Below are positions 1-11,980 of a stretch of 40,830 bases of DNA, piece by piece. Made by a program: the position numbers and the translations under genes. Each line of letters begins with the position of its first letter. Position 1 is the stretch's first letter. A model generated the notes under the pieces. It saw only the letters and a list, made by a program, of their open reading frames with translations, searched no databases and was not told the DNA's origin. The stretch covers positions 1 through 40,830 of the forward strand of contig NW_024705482.1 of the NCBI RefSeq assembly GCF_018977255.1. The letters are read 5' to 3'. The stretch is from Callorhinchus milii (taxonomy: Eukaryota).

Positions 1-435
1 CAACCAGCAACAGTTTAACAATAATACAATAACATATAAAAGTACCTGTGTTGAAACCAGGTTCCTCCCCGCCCCCAACGTCACCAGCACCCCCTACCTC
101 TTGCATGTACAACCCTCAGGCCCCCCTTCTACCCGCATGCGCCCCACGTCGCCCCCCAAACCCGTGTCCCCCTCCTCGCGCACCCCTTCCCAGCGAGCGG
201 CCCCGTCCCCCCCACTGCACGCCCCCACTCACTGCTGGCCACCCGCATGCCCCCTCCCCTCTACGCATGTAGGCGACGCATGGCAAGCCAGCCAGCAAAA
301 CTTCTTCCTAATATAGTATGGGTCGTCATCCGATGATCATGCCTCACAAAATCATGCAAACATTTTAATTTTTTGTTGGGACGGACACAGACACACATAA
401 ACTGACACTATATAAAGTAGACATGTAATACTTAC

Positions 436-558
436 TCACTGCTGGTGACGTTCAATCCGGAATGGTAAGCGGTTAGGTAGACTTCTGAAACATTTGCTCC
501 ATCCTCCTGCTGGTATATATTGTGCTTGCCCAGCACTACTCGCATATAATACTCCTGC
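436..558 (-). CDS. Exon (CELA exon-4 equivalent) of elastase/chymotrypsin-like gene B
   Basis: CAG acceptor (559-561), GTAAGT donor (435-430), 123 nt, phase 2/2. Reads (K)QEYYMRVVLGKHNIYQQEDGANVSEVYLTAYHSGLNVTSS(E/D), containing the trypsin-family RVVLGxHN motif; joins in frame to exon 774-871. An alternative GTGAGT donor lies 4 nt away. Confidence 0.85.
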   Translation of the reverse strand, partial: AGVLYASSAGQAQYIPAGGWSKCFRSLPNRLPFRIERHQQ

Positions 559-773
559 CTGTGGATATCACATAAACAACGCAACTCAAACAGCTTTAAT
601 TCCATTTAAAGGCTTCAATTTTTTTTTTATAAATAAACAAAATACCATTCATCCTAAGAAACAAAAGCATGGCTACACATAATAAATATCTACAACGTAT
701 ATCTGTATACCCAACACAATAGCAGGTTTGTGATTATTCATTCTAAAAACTTGAATGCAAATGAAAAACATAC

Positions 774-871
774 TTGGCACAGCTGCCACTTGTGAGAACC
801 CACTGTGGGGCGATTAGAGTTCCACTACAAACGTGGTTCCATGCGTTTGTCTTGTAGAATTGCACAGATAC
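774..871 (-). CDS. Exon (CELA exon-3 equivalent) of elastase/chymotrypsin-like gene B; catalytic His57 replaced by Ser
   Basis: CAG acceptor (872-874), GTATG donor, 98 nt, phase 0/2. Reads VSVQFYKTNAWNHVCSGTLIAPQWVLTSGSCA(K), matching VSLQ...HxCGGTLI...WVLTAAHC; Cys42 and Cys58 retained. Confidence 0.9.
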
Positions 872-1214
872 CTGTTGTAATCACATCAACATACAATCGA
901 GCAGTCAAAGTTTATAATCATTTAAAGATACACGTCAGAATCTTTATGTATACTGGAGAAATATGATGAGCTATGAAGCTCTTTTTCACAGATGTCCAGT
1001 AGGGGCAGGTCAGAAAGTGACAACAATACACCTAACATGCACGCACCGATTTATGAATTAACGTAAATGCCTATGCTCATGATGATACAGGCATCGAATC
1101 GTGCACGTAATACATTAATCTAAATTTAATGTTCGCAAAAAAATGGAATCTGTTTTTTTATTATCAAACATTGACAAACATTCATCGTGGAATAAAAAAT
1201 AAATTAAGGATGCA

Positions 1215-1266
1215 TTAGCAGTGGGGAGGTCATCATCCAGCAGTGGAATGGACATGGCTGATGATT
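1215..1266 (+). mobile_element. Possible 3' end fragment of an RTE-type LINE/SINE
   Basis: GGAGGTCATCATCCAGCAGTGGAATGGACATGGCTGATGAT resembles RTE 3' termini as recalled (CCAGCAGTGG...GGCTGATGATGA). Confidence 0.35.
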
Positions 1267-1868
1267 ATTAATGGTGTGCAGACACAACTCTGCAAACGCC
1301 ACCACAATCCTCATTAACGTTACTTCATAACATAATTCTTTTTAATAGGCTGACATTTATATCTTAATTTTCATGTGACAACGCTATGTTAGTTTTCCTT
1401 TTGTATTTGGCATTATTGTTTTTGAGCTTTACTATACTATCAGTATGAATAAATATGACTGAGTGGTACTTCCAATGTCTTAAACTGTAGTTCACTCAAA
1501 TTAACCTGTTACAAGCTTTCTACAATAATGAGTGGGAGATGGTAGTCTTCACGTGGCCCACCTGTTATGTGTTTTCGTGTTTTCTTTAACACAACTTATA
1601 TCCTCATCTAGGTGAATTGGATAGCGTAAATTTGAATCCAGATAGGATCAGTTGAGATAAATGCAAAAAAGGCCATAAACCGATTGGTCGTGGTCTTAGA
1701 GTTTATCACAAAGATATTGAAGGACTCAAGACCTAAATGTGACTTTTGGCCAGAAACCTAAAGGACTACAGGTCGGTATCCCTCAATTTACAAAAGGGAT
1801 GTGTTTTTCAAAAAAACACGTAAAACAAAATGTCGTAAATCGATATGGCTTTTCACATGATTTGAATA

Positions 1869-2481
1869 CAGTGCTCCCTCGTTTATCGTGGTTAATGGGA
1901 CCGGAACTCCTCGCGATAGGTGAAAATCCGCGAAGTAGGATTTGCCCCCCTAGGAATTTCCGTATATGTGTATGTGGGTACCAGAATGTTTAAAATATGT
2001 ATATTTATTACTTTATATATATATTTAACTTAAATCTATTTAATTATAAAACCTTAATATTATACATTCACTCACTCACATATATTTTACTTAAATCTAT
2101 TTAATTATAAAACCTTAATATTATACATTCACTCTCTCTCTCTCTCATACGATACGTATTATGATGCGCAGCCAATCAGCTCACGGGATACTGTACATCC
2201 ACTCGTGCTCTCATTCGTCGATCTCGCGCCGGAACCAATCACGTGCCTTGTCTGAGTGCCCGTGGTTACAGTATGTACAAAGCCTCTGAGAGAGTTTCTC
2301 TCTTTGTCTGGCATCCTGGAAACCGTTTTTTCTCGCGCATCACGATGAAACAACGCTTTCCGCAATACGGCTGCCGATATCGCGGTATTTTTGAATTTTT
2401 ATTTTTCGATGAATATTTTAAAAAAATCCGCGATGCACTGAGGCCTGCGAAACTTGAACCGCGAAGTGGCGAGGATTACTG
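1869..2481. mobile_element. Non-autonomous Tc1/mariner (Tigger/pogo-like) MITE
   Basis: TA on both flanks; imperfect TIRs CAGTGCTCCCTCGTTTATCGTGGTT and AACCGCGAAGTGGCGAGGATTACTG; internal ~60-bp tandem duplication at about 2020-2135. Confidence 0.7.
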
Positions 2482-2493
2482 TATCACTAACCT

Positions 2494-3447
2494 AAACAGG
2501 ACCCTGCGGGGTGGGCTGGTAGGAACGAATAACCAAAGAATATAAACATAATGTATTATTACACTTGTTTAGCCAGGAAAGCCCCACTGAGTCTAAAGGT
2601 TTTGTAGGGTCCTGCCAAGTGTTTGCAGTAGGGGCGATGTTGCTACACCTAACCGGACGATACAAAGGGAGACATTGAGGTTTAGTTTATAGGCTTTAGG
2701 CCTAGCTGTAGGCTTTAGGTCGCTGTGAGTTAATTTTTAATTTAAATGTTTTAATTATTAATGTAAAAGCTTTCAATTTAAATGTTTCTATTTAAAAACA
2801 TCAGGGAATGTAACATTGTGAAACATTAACTCCCTTTCACACACGCGGGGGTACGATACGAAGGGAGAGTTTGTGGCCTAGTTCTAGGCTTTAGGCCTAG
2901 CTGTAGGCTTTATGTCGCTGTGAGTTTTTTTATTTAATTTCAAAGTTTTCATTATAATTATTAATTTTTAATTTAAATGTTTTAATTATTTATGTAAAAG
3001 CTTTAAATGTAAATGTTTCTATATTAAAACATCAGGGAATGTAACATTGTAAACATTAACTCCCTTTCACACACGCGGGGGTACGATACGAAGGGAGACT
3101 GTGAGGCCTAGTTCTAGGCTTTAGGCCTAGCTGTAGGCTTTAGGGCGCTGTGAGTTTTTTTATTTAATTTCAAAGTTTTAATTAAAAGCTATCTCAGGGA
3201 ATTATAAGGGAATGTTACACTTGTTTAGCCAGGAAAGCCTCATTAATTTAAATGTTTTAATTAAAAGCTATCTGAGGGATTTATAAGGGAATGTTACACT
3301 TGTTTAGCCAGGAAAGCGTCACTGAGTTTAAAGGCTTTTTGTAGGGTCATGCCAAGTGTTTGCAGTAGGGGGCGATGTTGCTACACGGACGGACGGACGG
3401 ACGAAATAATCTATTGTAGGCTGGTCCACTTCGTTCCTAACAGTAAT
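2494..3447 (-). mobile_element. DINE-1/HINE-like non-autonomous Helentron derivative with internal tandem repeats
   Basis: Subterminal inverted repeat TAGGAACGAA (2520-2529) / TTCGTTCCTA (3430-3439); short hairpin ACCC-TGCG-GGGT (2501-2512) outside one subTIR; (GGAC)4 microsatellite (3387-3402) near the other end; ~240-bp central tandem repeats. Confidence 0.6.
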
Positions 3448-3599
3448 ATACACCTATATGACTTTGCACAGTGCAAAATAATAAAATGAATGTAAATATT
3501 AAAACGATTGAATAATTTAAAAGAAAAACAATCTTTTCACATGTTTGAATGACTGGAAAACAGTGTCACGGTATTGTGGGGATACCGTGACACTGTTTG

Positions 3600-3771
3600 C
3601 AGATGCATGACGCAACCTTCCGGGTGCTGCTTGAATGACCTCATGGCGTGTGCCGTTTGAAATTTCCTTAACACGGAAATTCGATTTTGTTCGTAGAAAT
3701 TTTCCATAATTCGTCAATTGCGTTCACGTGACATTTCGTAAATTGAACGTTCGTATATTGAGGGATACCTG
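3600..3771. mobile_element. Single end of a Tigger/pogo-like element
   Basis: Ends ...TTCGTATATTGAGGGATACCTG followed by TA; subterminal TTCGTA repeats; partner TIR not found. Confidence 0.35.
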
Positions 3772-4827
3772 TATATTGTTAACAACGCCTCATTAAAGGA
3801 GATCTTGTTGCTGCAATCTACTACCCTAAATATGGCCTCGCCACCATCAGGCAAGTCCTAAATCACTATACTATCCGTGGCATCAATAGCTACCACACAC
3901 AACCATGGTGCTACTCAGAAAATTACAACACTGGAGAGAAACTCGTGGAATGGCTGTCAGCACAGGATACATTCATTATACGACCACAAAAATCCGGGGC
4001 ACATTTCACTCATCCGATGGAAAACGAACCATGACCCAGAACATACGCTTCATCTCAAAGGACAAGAAAGGACAGCCACTAATTGCATCATGAACAATTA
4101 TAGGTGAATTTGCAGACCCAACACAGACCGGAAGTCACGTACACTGGGCTACCGATACCGGTCATAACCTCACAACTACATCCTCGTTGGAAAGTTCAAA
4201 AGGCAACTGGCCCAGCTATGAAAAAGAAACCAAAGCGCAACTGAATAACCTGGAGCCAAAGCCTGTAATCTTCAATAAATTCATAAAATTTCTGACATTT
4301 GCCACAAGAAATTACATCCTGGGGGGGAATCGGAAAAGATACATGCCATGTTGGTAATCAAAAATGGAACATCTCTTCAAAGAGTTCATCAGATATGGTG
4401 AAAAGATAAGGGAAACGCACTACTAGTGTTCCTGAACTCTGCAGAAGAAAACGGTGGAAATACCTTACTGCAGATTTGGACGTTACTCGCTCAAGCCATG
4501 AAGCCTGGTAACTCCTCTGGAACCTACGTGACTCAACCAACAGAGCACAGACTACCAAACCCTAAAGCAAATACTTTGGCTTCCCACACACTATTCTGTT
4601 CAAATATACCAATGGACAATCGCACCAAAGAAGGTGTCCGGAAACAACTCGCCATCACTTTGAGTCATCTACCGGAAGCAATAATCTAGTGAGCGTACAC
4701 TCACTGAAGTGGAAGGGGCCCTCAAGGCGATAAAGTCTTAACAAGGCACAGGGATTAGATGGCCTTTGTCCTGAGTTCCTAAAGAACCTGGGAATATATG
4801 GACCATCATAAACAAGAAAGGTAATTT

Positions 4828-4975
4828 CTTGATTTAAAGCTTTTGTGACTGCAGGAATTCATATTCTTTGGGTCTTTCGGTGAAGTCACGTAGATAGGTT
4901 CAAATTAATACAAATAAAATAAACAAAAACCACGACATTTCGATCACAACACAAGTGATCGTCATCAGGAAGAAA
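4828..4975 (-). mobile_element. Penelope-like family A 3' end fragment with hammerhead
   Basis: Matches the family A terminus (GATTTAAAGCTTT.GTGACTGCAGG...AAGTCACGTAG); degenerate flanking repeat ending AGGTAAT on both sides. Confidence 0.7.
4931..4970 (-). ncRNA. Minimal type I hammerhead ribozyme (variant)
   Basis: Minus strand: CTGATGA-C-GATCAC-TTGTGTT-GTGATC-GAAA-TGTC; perfect 6-bp stem II; stem I poor. Confidence 0.65.
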
Positions 4976-5475
4976 AAAGAGACAGGTAATATCCGAAAAT
5001 AATGGAATCATTCCAGTTGTCCCCATACTGAAAGCCATAAATCTGCAAGACTCGCTCTCCAGCTCTAGGCCAATATCTATCATGTCCTCCACTTCCAAGC
5101 TCATGGAACGTGCATGCTTGCCTGATTTTCCCCCATTATTGACCCCTAACTGCCCAACGAAAAATCCGGATTTCGAAGTGGCCGTAGCTGTTGTGAACAG
5201 AAGGTAGCATTCAGCTTGAACAGAAAACCGATACAGCAATGATTGACCTCTGCAGCCTATGATACCGTTGGCAGCCAAATCGAATGCCGTTCAACTGTAC
5301 ACCTAATTGACACGATGGTCGGCAAATGTCCTTTGAGGATACGCCTCACTGGTGAACACAACCACGAGAGTTATGAACAATGGCCTTCCTCAAGCTTGGT
5401 GCTAGCACCACCACTATGTAACACATATGTAACCTGACATGTACATCTTCTTGCAAGTTTATATATGCGCATGGC

Positions 5476-5652
5476 ATATTCTTGGTTCTTTCGGTCAAGT
5501 TACGTAAAAGGGAAATAATAAATTATTAAAATCAAACAATTAAATTCTCACGACGTTTTATTTTCATTATTTTATCATTTCCCTTCTACGTGACTTGACC
5601 GAAAAGAACCAAGAATATGAATCCCTGCAGTCACGAAAGCTTTAAATCGAAA
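5476..5652. mobile_element. Penelope-like family A fold-back insertion inside the LINE RT region
   Basis: Inverted arms (TTCTTGGTTCTTTCGGTCAAG... / ...CTTGACCGAAAAGAACCAAGAA) plus tail ending GAAAGCTTTAAATCGAA; degenerate flanking repeat ATATATGCGCATGGC / ATGTATACACATGAC. Confidence 0.75.
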
Positions 5653-7130
5653 TGTATACACATGACCTTAACTTTAAACTACACTTTTTTAAATTTAACC
5701 TTGCCACACAGGTCACAACTTTTGAGACCATTGTCAATCCTCTAACAGCTGATATAATTTTACTCGAGGCATATTTCCATATTCGGAGACTGACCAAATC
5801 CTTCCAAAACCACCAAAAGCGGGCTCCACCTGAATGATTTTTCAGCAGATGTGACCCTTAATGCATCCTTTTGTGGTAAACCAGTGTACTATGATCCCAC
5901 TCCAAGATATCTAGGGATTATCATGGATAGATGCCTGACCTTTGAGCCCCATACAGTATAAAACAGATCTGTGAAAAGACAAATTCAAACATCATATTGC
6001 TACAGAAAACTTCAGGAATGACCTCGGGCACCAGAAAATAGCTGTGAACTGCCGCCCTGTCACTGATCTACTCAGTTGCAGAGCATTGTTGTGTCTATAC
6101 CCTTTTTTTAAAATTAATATTAATAATTATTCTGCCAACATATATAATTGTTTTTTTTAATAGACACGGGGCAACTTGGGAGCGAACACCGACGGGCGGA
6201 AAACCCGTTCCCCCACTTCCACAGATGCGCACACCTCGCTTCAAAGGCCAGAAGGCAGGAGAGAGATAGCCATCAAATGTCATAAATTCCACACAATAAC
6301 AAAAGGGGGGGGAAGTCGCAAGGGGTTGTTAGGATAACACCCATTCCTTCAAAGGCCCTTTTACAATATAAAACCAGGCGCCACGAAATATATATATATA
6401 TAATTATATTCTTAACAAAGAAAATAGCATCGACAACAAGAAAGCACAGACGGTTTTGAATCCTCATGTATTAATTCCATACGGACACTATTTACCTTAA
6501 TAATTTCTACGCGGCCGGGCCGAAGCATCAAATAATAATTATGGCAGTCAGGGTCGCTCCTAAGCCAAACACAAAACAAATTCCCCCGGGATATCAGATT
6601 AAATAATAACAAGAAGTCAAATAATAAGTACGAATTTAGAGTGGATCTCCTAGGAGAGTAAAGGGCGGAGAAGTCTATCATAATTAACCAACACGCAACA
6701 CTCCAGGGGAAGCGAGCAGCTCACAGCCGTCTTTGTCTTCCCGAGAGGAGCGGCCACGGAGCACACACACAAAGCCAGGAAATGACCCTCATAAAAGTTC
6801 GGGGCGAGCGAGCGACGGCTCGAGAAAGAGAATTAACAAATAAACACACACGCAGGGTGCTCCAATGCCGGAGCACAGCCGTCTTTGTCTCCCCGCAGCA
6901 CGGACAGCAAGATTTGCGCACGTGAGCAAATAACATTTCCCCATAGGGAGATCAAACCACGATGGAAATACCGTGAACACGGCTACGGCATACCTTGAGT
7001 CGCTTGCAATCAAATCACAATGATACTAAGCAGCCAAGTGAGTCATTTTAACTTCCAAACCAAAAACAACTTAAGCTGTGTGAGACAAAGGATATAACGC
7101 CCAGAGCGAGGGAAGGAATTATAGAAATCG

Positions 7131-7188
7131 CTTAACGCGTAGGCTTTCGCGACCAATATTATTCATAATCAAAAACGTGGATTATGAT
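7131..7188 (-). mobile_element. Miniature fold-back remnant related to the Penelope-like family B end
   Basis: TTAACGCGTAGGCTTTCGCGACCAAT nearly identical to the tail at 34144-34168; followed by inverted pair TCATAATC / GATTATGA. Confidence 0.55.
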
Positions 7189-8898
7189 TTTGTAACCTCG
7201 GTACGAACGCAAAGCGTCGGTCTGGTTTAGTTTGATGACTCGTGTGGCGCTGTTCGCGAGGAAACCCCACCCCTCCTTCCAGAATTATTACGGACAGCTG
7301 TGGCTTTTGCTCCAATAAAACACAATAAAACACACACACGACACACACGGACGAAACGCACACGAACAAAGGGAAAAGTTATATGACCCGGCCTTTGAAC
7401 AACTCGGAAAAACTGAGTGGATTTTCCCAATATAAGCCGAGGCAAAATCCATTCAACAGATCTCGTCTCCGGGGCTACGGCCCCCACCAGAGATCTCCAG
7501 GGCTCCGGCCCCATCTCATCTCAACGCCGACTACGAAGAAGCTCTTCCGTCATCCAGAATGACGATGTTCGCGAGGTAGCGACGTGCATCGACAAGATAA
7601 GGTCTGCACCACCTAAGAAGAATCGCCACACTGAGTCGCCGAGCTGCGAGTGAAGCTGACGGAGATTCCAGCTATCACTCTCGAGCCAACAAAGACACCC
7701 AATGTCCACCCAGCAACGAACGAAGCATCGTTCATCGCCAGAGTGACGATCAGCGAGCAAACTGTAGGAAGGGCGGAGATCGCCAAGCGTCGACCAAGCG
7801 AGCAAAGCAGAAAGCACGAAGCAGTGGAGAAAGCCTGATCGCACAGCTGTGAGGAGGAGGACAGCGCCAACGCATGCGCCGTGTGTTCAATACGCACACA
7901 CAGATCAACCAGCATCAAAGAAAACCGACTCGTCATCCCGCAGTGGAGAAGAGAGTCAAAGCCTTCCGAACGAGCGCCGCTGTCAGAGCTGCAGAGAACG
8001 GACCACCGCGTCGTCAGCTACAGAGAACGGCCCGCGCTGTCAGAGTCACACAGTACGGGTGCCTGCGCCAAGCACCACCCAGCGTACGCCGCTCATCTTC
8101 AAGCAGAGAAAGTCTCGGCTGCAACCGCACGGGCGAGAGGAAATCTCCGAACCAGGGTCGTATCTCCTCCCCCACTCACAGACTCAAGGAAGCACATATA
8201 CACACACACACCTACTTCCGCGGGGCATGCAGGAATTTATCCAAGAGACAATCCCCCTCTCTCTCACAATGGGACCAACCCTAGACAATCATCAGAAGAC
8301 TAATTATAAAGTTTGAACATTAGCTCCGTGAGGAATCGTGGCCCTCTGAGTAATTAAGAATCCGTCGGTTATAAGAGTGTGAAGTTTTCTTGTTTTTTTT
8401 CTGTTTCTCTTAAGCTAGTTTAGGTAAATGCACGAGTTAGTCTGTTAATTATGTCATGAAGTAAAACTAGTAGGTTTATAAAGTATAAAAATACCACAAT
8501 TCATGGAATACAATTAGGACGTATATAGCAGTGTGCACCTATTTTATCTGTAAAACAATGTTTTTTACCGGTTGCCAATATGCTGCTGACAACCACGTCT
8601 AGTCTGCTTAATTTCGCCCCTCCTGATTTTGTTAGTCGTACTTAAATGGTAAACTAATCTGTGTATTAACAACAATGCCACAAAAATGCGTGTTAAATCC
8701 ACACAAAATGCTTCGTTTTTACACATTAGACGTAACATGCACAATTTTGTTACAGTTCATTTGCCATAAATGTGGTTACATACTTTCAGAGCATTTAAAA
8801 CGAGAATATACACTTGCCCACTTTCTATTGGCTTTATCAGTACAGTATACTCTGGAAAAAACAATAAGTTGATTAATAAAAAATCCGATTCTTTAGAT

Positions 8899-8945
8899 CA
8901 GGGGTCCCAATCCCCGGGCCACGGACCGCTACCGGTCCGTGACTG
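8899..8945 (+). mobile_element. hAT/Charlie (MER1-like) MITE left end
   Basis: CAGGGGTCCCAATCCCCGGGCCACGGACCGCTACCGGTCCGTG preceded by CTTTAGAT (Charlie-type target); no right end found. Confidence 0.5.
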
Positions 8946-9759
8946 TGGGGAGGGGCTGGGTGGGGAGGCTGAGAGAGGGTTGGGTGGGAGGGGAGGGTGG
9001 GGAGGGGCTAGGTGGAGGGTAGGAGGAGTGGGGCTGGGTGGGGAGGGGCTGGTCACCCCGTGGTGCCCTTAGAAAACTCAACGTGTAACCGACTCATGCC
9101 GGGTTGTGCCTGCCCTCACAGTCGGCCATATTTGCGGAATACACCACACCGCCGTTGACCCTGGCCATTGACCGAGCAACCCAACATTCCTACCAGCTCC
9201 CTCCGAAGGAATGTGTTATGCAAGGGTGTCGGCCCTCCAACGAAATTGCGTGACGGGCGCGCGCGTACTTGGTTCACACCCGCACGTGATTCGCTAATGG
9301 TAATACATGGGAAGGGGCCATGAATGGTGTCGGCTATTGCCAAACACAGAATTCGGTGTTTTTGCTCAGTGGCTTAGCAAAGATTTGAATTATGTCCAAT
9401 GTGTATTCAATAACTGTGTTCACAATTGTATGCTCAATCACTTTTAAATGACGATAGGTGACATCCACCCTGATCAATTATAGAACACCCAGTGCGGTAA
9501 TATTGCACGGTGTGACTGTCATTTTCAAACAATGTTCACAAAACCTACCCTTTTTTTACGTCTTTACTATTGTTGATTGGCGAGTATGAGAGTTTTCTTC
9601 ATAATTATACTTTGTTGCACAAATAGCTCTTCTATTAATTTGTACCTTTTGCACAAATTCACATTAACGTAATTGTTGACCACGTTCATCATGGTTTATC
9701 CATTCCTGGATGAAAATTCCTTCAGCCACCATTAGGGAATTGAAAAGGAATTCTATAAA

Positions 9760-9870
9760 ACTATACTCTTTGGTTCTTTCGGTAAAGTCACATCGGTAGA
9801 AAAAAAATCACGACGTTTCGACTGCAACACAAGCAGTCGTCATCAGGAAATATGGCTTCAAATCAAGATT
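9760..9870 (-). mobile_element. Penelope-like family A short insertion with hammerhead and 12-bp TSD
   Basis: Flanked by GAATTCTATAAA (9748-9759 and 9871-9882); contains TTGGTTCTTTCGGTAAAGTCAC. Confidence 0.75.
9808..9848 (-). ncRNA. Minimal type I hammerhead ribozyme
   Basis: Minus strand: CTGATGA-C-GACTGC-TTGTGTT-GCAGTC-GAAA-CGTC; intact core, perfect 6-bp stem II. Confidence 0.75.
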
Positions 9871-10071
9871 GAATTCTATAAAGTTGACCATGTTGCACAA
9901 TCCAATTCCAGCCACGCACGGGAAAGTAACATCCCATGCACCACACTGCATGTATTATGGTTCTATGGTGCTGATGGTTGTGTGCGATATAACTGTGATT
10001 TAATTTAATTCTGCTTATATTGTATGTGTTGTACAAAAGGGGTGAATGTCCATTATTTTTGGAATCACATT

Positions 10072-10077
10072 TTTATT
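10072..10077 (-). promoter_or_regulatory. Candidate polyadenylation signal of gene A
   Basis: AATAAA on the minus strand about 380 nt downstream of the stop codon at 10456. Confidence 0.4.
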
Positions 10078-10455
10078 TATGAATAACATTTTAATCATGC
10101 AACCACGAGTATAACATATACAGGTTAATAGAAAGAACTAATTTAAGGTGCGATAGAAAAAAAAAACTGTGTTTTATATGTGCTTTTAATAGTAGAATTA
10201 CTGAAACAACTTGGAGTACGTCTTAGAGTTCAGAATTATTACTTGAGAGGAGAAAGGGAAAAGGTACAGGAATTACATGACAAGCATTGAGAAGTTAAAA
10301 AGACTGAAAAGGAAACATTGATTCATGCTATATTAAACAAACTTGTGTTAACATTTCAAGAAACATGATGTAAATATCAATAATTCAGTATGTTTTAAGA
10401 CGGCGATGATCATCTTGATGGTACTGTTCATCGGCCACAAGAATGTCCTTCCGAG

Positions 10456-10473
10456 TCAATAACGCGCCATCAC
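10456..10473 (-). CDS. Terminal coding exon (CELA exon-8 equivalent) of gene A: VMARY*
   Basis: TGCAG acceptor (10474-10478), phase 0, five codons plus TGA, the same size and phase as the last coding exon of pancreatic elastase genes. Confidence 0.65.
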   Translation of the reverse strand: MMARY

Positions 10474-11980
10474 CTGCACATTGGAAATTCACGTAAAATA
10501 CAGTATTATCTTATTAAATATTACTGACAACCAATATTACAACACAGTCTTGGTCATTTCTTTATAAATCGATTATGAACGTCATTGTAATGTTAAAGAC
10601 CAATACAATGGTTGAAACCAGTCTATACATCCAATGGCCAAATATTATGACGCAATTATGCATTTAGCTTTTCTCGTCTAAATATCTGGGTTTAAAAAAA
10701 TGTCCTTGCATACACTTCGTAGTGTTGTTTCAGCCCTGTAAATTCTTATTAAAAGCTGGGGCATGGGGTCAATGGAGAACTTATTGAGTATTTTAATATA
10801 ATGTAGAAGCATATACTCTTTAAACGTTGTATAATTTACAGCAATATGTTTAGTTTTCTTGATCCATTTGACAAATAATTGTTTTGTAGTGTAAATTGGA
10901 ACTTTTTGACATTAGGGAGACTTTATTTTTTGGAAAAAGATCATCATATGACTGGCAATTAACTTTATTTATCTAAGAAAGCCTAACTAAGTCTCAAATG
11001 TAAATTGAATAAGGGCCCTCGCTGGATTCACGTAGGGTTGCCATGTCTTTCATAGACCCAATCTAGACATTTCTAAGGTAGCATAGATCTATCAACACTG
11101 CACCACATAATACCGTAATAGAATTTAAACAATACTAAACATTCTAGATATGAATCATTTCCGAGACCTGAACAGAAATGTCAATTGCTGAACTGTCTGT
11201 ATGAACTCCAGATCATACCTGGGCAAGTGGGAACCCGAGCTTGAGTAACTAGTTGATAAAATATACGGAGGGACATGTGAAGAGGAGACTTTGGTTGGTG
11301 TACTTCAACTTTTTTTATTTCGTTGTCACCGCTCGTACACCACAGCAATACTCATTCAAACCAACCCCGTTTCCTCGTTTCACAGTCCATTTTAAACCTT
11401 CTCTCTGCCCTTCTCCACCAATCACCTTTCGACAATTTCCTTTCTTTTTCGATCCGTTTCTCCTCACCAATCCGATCAGAGTGTCATCCACTCACCAATC
11501 TGATTTCATGTCGTGCACGTCAGTGCTCACACCCCCGATTTCTATTCCTTGCCCGAGTGTGCTGTGTGCGTGACGTCAGTGACCCCTGACCTCCGACCCT
11601 TCTTTGGTATATCCCCCGTTGGTGTTTGACATGTGCGGCGTGTGTGATTTCGAGTGCGGAGGTATGAGTGCTGTTTGTGTAGCGCGAATGTGGAGGATTG
11701 ACGAGACATCCTCGACACATGCATCCATTTGCTGTACTGCCATCTTATGGTCAGCTCACAGTCCAAGTTTTATATTTGGATGAAGTCTGTATGAGCCACC
11801 AGCCTCACATCTAAAGTACTGATCATAAGTGTATGTCACCATGTTCAAAAAATGATAAGACATATTCCATTAAATATATGAATTTGCAGAGTGTACAAAT
11901 ACTGATTTAAAATATGTATAACGGATGAACATAGTATACCAACTTGTGCATAACATTAGCAGTTTAAATGTGCAGCTTAC

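Larger units (their letters stand above)
3800..6090 (+). mobile_element. Decayed non-LTR retrotransposon (LINE ORF2: endonuclease remnant plus reverse transcriptase)
   Basis: RT motifs in order across broken frames: GLDGLCPEFLKNLG (~4750), RPISIMSSTSKLMER (~5067), GFRSGRSCCEQ (~5168), DLSAAYDTV (~5245), NNGLPQ / VLAPPLCNTY (~5376-5430), PRYLGIIMDRCLTFEPH (~5902). Interrupted by two Penelope-end insertions. Confidence 0.8.

Noticed and set aside
48..420. Pro-rich ORFs in a C-rich block, followed by a GGACGGACACAGAC...TATATA end
   Set aside because: Low-complexity sequence inside an intron of gene B; probably a repeat fragment, but no defined termini in the window.
1440..1561. Good minus-strand acceptor at 1562-1564 suggesting another exon
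   Set aside because: All three frames stop within 17 codons and none resembles a protease.
2561..3390. Repeat array considered as CRISPR-like
   Set aside because: Long imperfect tandem units with no unique spacers, in eukaryotic context.
9116..9190. Possible exon 2 of gene B (RVNGGVV / IPQIWPT before a GTGAG donor)
   Set aside because: Needs a frameshift, lacks the final Gln codon and has no pyrimidine tract at the acceptor; could be chance. Worth rechecking only with cDNA.
10385..10473. Longer phase-1 reading GDGALLTRKD... of the terminal exon
   Set aside because: The upstream exon ends in phase 0 once homology is respected, giving VMARY*.
11033..11240. Possible hAT Blackjack-like MITE (TAGGGTTGCCA start)
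   Set aside because: Right TIR is degenerate and no TSD is visible.
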